The position numbers were made by a program, and so were the translations under genes. Shown here piece after piece: positions 25,331 through 29,373 of a DNA stretch of 29,373 nt. This DNA is from an uncultured virus (IMG/VR IMGVR_UViG_3300022468_000816). Taxonomy: Duplodnaviria > Heunggongvirae > Uroviricota > Caudoviricetes. The notes beneath the pieces were generated by a model that worked only from the letters and a program-made list of their open reading frames with translations, was not told where the DNA came from and did not search any database. How positions within the stretch are numbered: the stretch's first letter is position 1; every line of letters starts with the position of its first letter. The stretch lies in IMG/VR virus record IMGVR_UViG_3300022468_000816, one strand, 5' to 3'.

Positions 25331-27429
25331 GGCCGCGCCACGAACAGCACGCACGCCGGATCGCGCGGGCCAACCTGCAGCTGCCGGTCCGCGCACATGC
25401 TGGTCTCGCTATCGAAAGCAGAGCAGCGACCGCAGACGCCAGCAGGCAAAGCCTCCATCATGCCCGCCACCGCCGTGGGCAGCCCGTGCATACCCATGTC
25501 CTCGGCCTTGGTGCGCAGCTCCTGCTGCACGCTGGTGCCGTCCGGAATCAGGAACGTGCTGGTGCCGTGCGATCGGGCCCAGGCCACGTCGCAGAGCATG
25601 TTGGCGTAGGAGAAGTGAGGGTCGATGCCGACCTTCTTCACCGAGCGCTTGAACTGGTTCGTTTCCTCGTCCTTCTCGGCCACCAGGGCGGTTTTCGTGA
25701 AGTGGTGGAACACCCGCGGAAGCACGGCCACGGTCTGGCGCTGGCCCTTCTCGACCACCTCCTGCGCCAGGCCTTGTGGATCCGGAAACACGCACGCCGG
25801 GTCCGCGGCCGTGAACCGCGCCATGCTTGTCTGCATGCACTTGTACTGGTCCATGCGCAGGGTGTAGCGGTCGCGGGCCTCCTCGTCAGTGCGCCGGTCG
25901 GTGGCCGCCAGCTTGGGGCCGTCGCCCCAGATGATCATGTCCTCCTTGAGGCTGCCGAAGCTGTCGCAGATGAACACACGGCCCTTGTGGCGCGCGGCGA
26001 ACTTCTTCGCGTCGTTGTAGTTCGGGTTGATTTCCACCACGCACACCGCGACGCCGTAGAGATCCATGAGCTCGCTGGAGCGCGCGAACGGGTCGGCGCC
26101 ATAGGTCTCCTCGACGTGCACAACCGCCTGCCGGCCGTCGGGCAGCCGCTCCTTGATGACGTGCACATTGAAGTTGCCCATCTGGTCGATGCCCATGTAG
26201 CAGCCGCGCGCGCGCGACTTCCACTGCACGCCCAGGCGCTTGCCCACCGCCACGCAATTGGCCAGGTGCTCCAGGTTCACGGGCACCTGCGACGGGTCCA
26301 GGTACGGTTTGCCCAGCTTGCGGTTGAAGAAGTTCTTCATGTCCGAAGCGGTCTGGTAGGCCGTGATGATTTCATCGGCGCTGATCGTGGGGCTCAGGAA
26401 CTGCGGGAAGTGGATGGACTTGATCCGCAGCCGGCGCTCCTTCATGGGCACATCGATCTCGGGCCCGCGATCGCGCTCGGGGTGCTCAGCGATCCACTCG
26501 CCGTGCTGGGTGTCCACCAGCCAATGGCCGTTGGGGCAGACGTAGCGGTAGATCTCGCGGTCCTTGTCGAAGCGGATGCACTCGGGGAAGTAGTCGTCGA
26601 GGGGCTTCGCCGTGCCACACGTGGGGCACTTGCTATGGAATTTGTGGCGCGTGCCCTTCTTGAACCAGAAGTCGATGTCGGCGTCTGGCCAGTTCGCCGT
26701 GCTGCCCATGAGCATGAAGCGGATGGAACTCGCGCTCACGCGCTCGTAGGTCTTCTCGATCTGCTCCAGGGTCATCTCCTGAACCTCGTCAAAGCTCAGC
26801 ACGTCCATGGGGATGGATTCCGTGGTGGCTCGGCCGCTGGTCCAGCTGAAAATGAACAGAGCCTGATCGATGCGGCGCCGGTTCACGTTGCCCTCGCCCT
26901 GCTTGCGGCCGCTGCCATCGGGCGCGTCCTGCGTCATCAGCTCGTGCACGCTCGGCACGCTGCGCACGATCGGCATGAAGCGCTCGGACGATTTCAGGCC
27001 CGCCAGATTCATGTCGGGCAGGAACATGCCCACGATGCACGGGCCGAACTTGATGCCCAGGTAGATGGTGGCCAGCATCTCCATGACGGTGAAACCCACC
27101 TGCGCGCACTTCATCAGCACCAGCACGTAGCGGTAGGCCTCCTCCTTGGTGCTGGGCACCTGGTCGTAGATCCACGCCATGGCGGGCCGGTCGTCGAGCG
27201 TGAAGGGCTTGCCGTCGACCTTCATGCCGTCGCGGCCCAGCTGCTCGCACCACTCGCGGAAGGTCTGGCCATCGGGGATGACCTCCTTCTCGTCGAGGCG
27301 GAACCCGGTTTTCTGCTCCAGCGCCGCAATGGCTTGCTGCAGGCCCAGGTTGAAGTCCGGCATCTTGCGGCGGTTGCCGCTGCCCAGGCCCGTGGGCCGG
27401 TAGTTCTTTCCGTTTCGAGCGAACGCCAC
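25324..27429 (-). CDS. Terminase large subunit, GpA-like (start could be ATG 27363)
   Basis: VLMKCAQVGFT (GpA-type Walker A), VLSFDEVQEM (Walker B), GST coupling motif, CPTC...CPNGH zinc ribbon, MGIDQ and DPHF nuclease motifs. Confidence 0.9.
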   Translation of the reverse strand: MAFARNGKNYRPTGLGSGNRRKMPDFNLGLQQAIAALEQKTGFRLDEKEVIPDGQTFREWCEQLGRDGMKVDGKPFTLDDRPAMAWIYDQVPSTKEEAYRYVLVLMKCAQVGFTVMEMLATIYLGIKFGPCIVGMFLPDMNLAGLKSSERFMPIVRSVPSVHELMTQDAPDGSGRKQGEGNVNRRRIDQALFIFSWTSGRATTESIPMDVLSFDEVQEMTLEQIEKTYERVSASSIRFMLMGSTANWPDADIDFWFKKGTRHKFHSKCPTCGTAKPLDDYFPECIRFDKDREIYRYVCPNGHWLVDTQHGEWIAEHPERDRGPEIDVPMKERRLRIKSIHFPQFLSPTISADEIITAYQTASDMKNFFNRKLGKPYLDPSQVPVNLEHLANCVAVGKRLGVQWKSRARGCYMGIDQMGNFNVHVIKERLPDGRQAVVHVEETYGADPFARSSELMDLYGVAVCVVEINPNYNDAKKFAARHKGRVFICDSFGSLKEDMIIWGDGPKLAATDRRTDEEARDRYTLRMDQYKCMQTSMARFTAADPACVFPDPQGLAQEVVEKGQRQTVAVLPRVFHHFTKTALVAEKDEETNQFKRSVKKVGIDPHFSYANMLCDVAWARSHGTSTFLIPDGTSVQQELRTKAEDMGMHGLPTAVAGMMEALPAGVCGRCSAFDSETSMCADRQLQVGPRDPACVLFVARPS

Positions 27430-27430
27430 G

Positions 27431-28105
27431 TCAGACCCTCATGCTCAGGGTCATTCCGGCCTTGGCGTTCAGGTCGGCCAAGCGCTGCATGATGCGCTTC
27501 TGCGCCTCGGGCGACTCCTTGCCGATCTCCTCGATGATGGTCTCGTAGAAGGCCTGCATGGTGCGCAGGTCCCACACCTCCTGCACCGCCTTGATGGCGG
27601 TCTCCAGCAGGTCGGCCCGGCGCACGATCGACTTGTCGAACGCGGCCGGGTTCTTGATCTTCTCGATCGCCTCGCCGGTGTCGGGGTCAATCCCCTGCGT
27701 CACCGCGTAGGCCCGCAGCTTCTTGGCGTCGCTGTAGAGCGAATGGATCTCGGCCACGAAGTCCAGCGTCGCCAGCCCGGCCTCGCCGTTGCGGGCGATG
27801 TACTCGGGCCGGGGCGACGCCGGCAGGTGCTTGGCAATGTGCTCCGTGCCATTCTCGCGGGCCTCAATGGTGCGAGCGTCCGCAGGGAGCTTTTTGACCT
27901 TCTGCACCAGCTTCGCACGGGCGTTGATCAGCTGGGGCTTGGGCACGTCGGCCTCGCGCGCCTCGCGGATCCAGCGCCACTTGGTGGACACCGGGATGTC
28001 CGGATGCGCGTCGATGACGACGTTCCAGTTGTTCGCGCCCACCGTCGCCAGGTGCTGCGCCACTGCTGCCATGAAGGCGGTTTTTTGCTGCGGGGTTGTA
28101 GCCAT
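27431..28105 (-). CDS. Probable terminase small subunit
   Basis: Immediately upstream of TerL; N-terminal HTH-like IPVSTKWRWIRE; helical C-terminus; late motif upstream. Confidence 0.7.
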   Translation of the reverse strand: MATTPQQKTAFMAAVAQHLATVGANNWNVVIDAHPDIPVSTKWRWIREAREADVPKPQLINARAKLVQKVKKLPADARTIEARENGTEHIAKHLPASPRPEYIARNGEAGLATLDFVAEIHSLYSDAKKLRAYAVTQGIDPDTGEAIEKIKNPAAFDKSIVRRADLLETAIKAVQEVWDLRTMQAFYETIIEEIGKESPEAQKRIMQRLADLNAKAGMTLSMRV

Positions 28106-28111
28106 GCCGCG

Positions 28112-28127
28112 ATGGTAGCGTCACGAA
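28112..28127 (-). promoter_or_regulatory. Late-promoter-like motif, copy 7 (TTCGTGA-CGC-TACCAT), 6 nt before ATG 28105
   Basis: Consensus match with identical spacing to the ATG. Confidence 0.75.
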
Positions 28128-28292
28128 CTATCGCGCCGCGCTATCAATGCGCTGCGCCCGGGGCGCGCCCGGACCCCTGCGCGAATCCGCGTTTTGCAGC
28201 ACCGGCGCGGCTTCGCGGCCGGCCGGCATCAGCTTATGAGTCTGATTTTTCTGCGCGCCAGCGGCAGCCGGCGCACCAGAAGGCGGCCGCGC

Positions 28293-28685
28293 TCACAGCC
28301 ACCCCCCGGCCTTGGCCAGCACGATGACAAACGACAGCGCCACCAGGATCCAGAAAATCCAGGGTGACCAGCGAACCAGGTCGGATTCGATCATGCCGAT
28401 TGGCATCTCATCCCAGGCCGACCAGTCGGGCGTGGATGTCCGGACCTGTTGCGTGCCGGGCGGGGCATCGCTGGCGGCCGGCCATTCGATCTCGGGGAAC
28501 GTGATGTGGTCGCCGGGCGGGCCCATGGGCGGGAACGGGACAGCCTCGACCGTGAGCGTGCGGTCGGGCGTTGAGCCGGTGACGACGGGCGCGGTGACGG
28601 TGACGCTGCCGTCCTCGTTGAAGGTGATGTTGGTAGGGTTTGACATGGGTAGAGGCGCCAGGGAGCGCGGTTGGTAGCGGGTCAT
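28293..28685 (-). CDS. Hypothetical protein with a C-terminal transmembrane helix
   Basis: ATGA overlap; WIFWILVALSFVIVLA. Confidence 0.7.
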   Translation of the reverse strand: MTRYQPRSLAPLPMSNPTNITFNEDGSVTVTAPVVTGSTPDRTLTVEAVPFPPMGPPGDHITFPEIEWPAASDAPPGTQQVRTSTPDWSAWDEMPIGMIESDLVRWSPWIFWILVALSFVIVLAKAGGWL

Positions 28686-29230
28686 AGCCCCACGGTTTTG
28701 CGGATGGACTCCGAGGCATGGATGATGGCGTCCGGCGTGCCGGCCTCGATGATGGTGCGAGCGTGGTCGCAGGCCGCCCGGAAAGCCCGGGCGTCAGCCG
28801 CCGTCAGCACCGCGCCGCCGGCGTAGCACTGGGTGGCTGCGCTGATCGCGCCGCGGATCACCCGCAGCTCGGGCGTGTCCGCGCTGCGCCGGTCGTAGAC
28901 GTGCACAAAGCCGGCGATCGTCAGCATGGTGGCCATGGCGTTCAGGATATCCGGCGCGTGCTCGCCCAGTGACATCCAGGTGCGAGTCTGGTCCACCAGC
29001 AGGGCGTTGAGCCATTGCAGGCGGGTGGCCTCGGCCGCTGCCTTGATCTTCTGGGCCTCACGGTCGGCGTCGCTGGGGGCGTGGCGCGCACCGCGGTTGA
29101 GGATGTCGAACAGGTTCATTTTGCGCTTAGGGACTGGCTTCGGCTTGGGTTTGAACTCGACGCCTGGCGATGTGCCCAGGAATCGCTCGGTGCCATCAGG
29201 GGCGACGGAATAGACGTTGAAGCGGCTCAT
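28682..29230 (-). CDS. Hypothetical protein (~182 aa)
   Basis: Start placed at ATG 29230 (ATGA overlap with the upstream partial ORF). Confidence 0.7.
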   Translation of the reverse strand: MSRFNVYSVAPDGTERFLGTSPGVEFKPKPKPVPKRKMNLFDILNRGARHAPSDADREAQKIKAAAEATRLQWLNALLVDQTRTWMSLGEHAPDILNAMATMLTIAGFVHVYDRRSADTPELRVIRGAISAATQCYAGGAVLTAADARAFRAACDHARTIIEAGTPDAIIHASESIRKTVGL

Positions 29231-29373
29231 GACTTCACCATCGGGCAGCCGAACGTGCGGCTCTGCAGGCAGCTCGGGCGTCGCTCGGTCGTGCTGAGGA
29301 GCCCGCAGGCTTCGCAGCGCCACACTGGCGTTTTGTCAGCTGGGTGCCCTGGCAGCAGCGGGCCGCCGGCGGG
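29227..29373 (-). CDS. 3' end of an upstream gene with a CxxC motif (partial)
   Basis: Hand translation ...PVWRCEACGLLSTTERRPSCLQSRTFGCPMVKS*; stop overlaps the next ATG. Confidence 0.5.
   Translation of the reverse strand, partial: PAGGPLLPGHPADKTPVWRCEACGLLSTTERRPSCLQSRTFGCPMVKS

Noticed and set aside
4354..27492. Other long opposite-strand ORFs (4354-6480, 7804-9618, 9801-11162, 11905-13089, 15124-16746, 25297-27492)
   Set aside because: Each overlaps a motif-supported gene on the other strand and has no recognisable domain
1..29373. CRISPR array, IS element, integrase
   Set aside because: No regularly spaced repeats and no transposase or recombinase motifs seen

Overview
This window is a GC-rich segment of a large tailed-phage genome (prophage or phage-plasmid), probably with a Betaproteobacterial host; that host call is inferred from the RdgC/HU sequences and composition. 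The minus strand carries the late/head module. In order it holds TerS, a GpA-type TerL, the portal, a RelA/SpoT synthetase-domain protein, a 73-aa protein and a Mesh1-like HD hydrolase. A 1.3-kb non-coding RNA island follows, then a MuF/gp7 head protein, a NUMOD3/GIY-YIG-like homing endonuclease, a pyrophosphatase+ADP-ribosyltransferase polyvalent protein, a DarB-like methyltransferase-SNF2 helicase, and a second giant SF2 helicase protein that runs off the window edge and is absent from the ORF track. A 7-kb plus-strand block (rdgC, HU, AraC, small ORFs) sits between TerL and portal. Four observations stand out. (1) A phage-borne circularly permuted (two-piece) tmRNA encodes an unusually long 35-aa tag ending ALAV; it lies next to an initiator tRNA and several unassigned structured RNAs. 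(2) A late-promoter-like motif, (G)TCGTGA-N3-NANNNT, occurs 7 times; 4 copies lie exactly 6 nt before an ATG (apparent leaderless mRNAs) and 2 precede non-coding or minigene transcripts. (3) Unrelated enzymes share hydrophobic-K[S/A/T] and HV..H/Y.R.DG..V..H motifs, suggesting protease-processed, capsid-packaged cargo. (4) That putative cargo includes an alarmone synthetase/hydrolase/pyrophosphatase set. All functional links are inferences from sequence alone.
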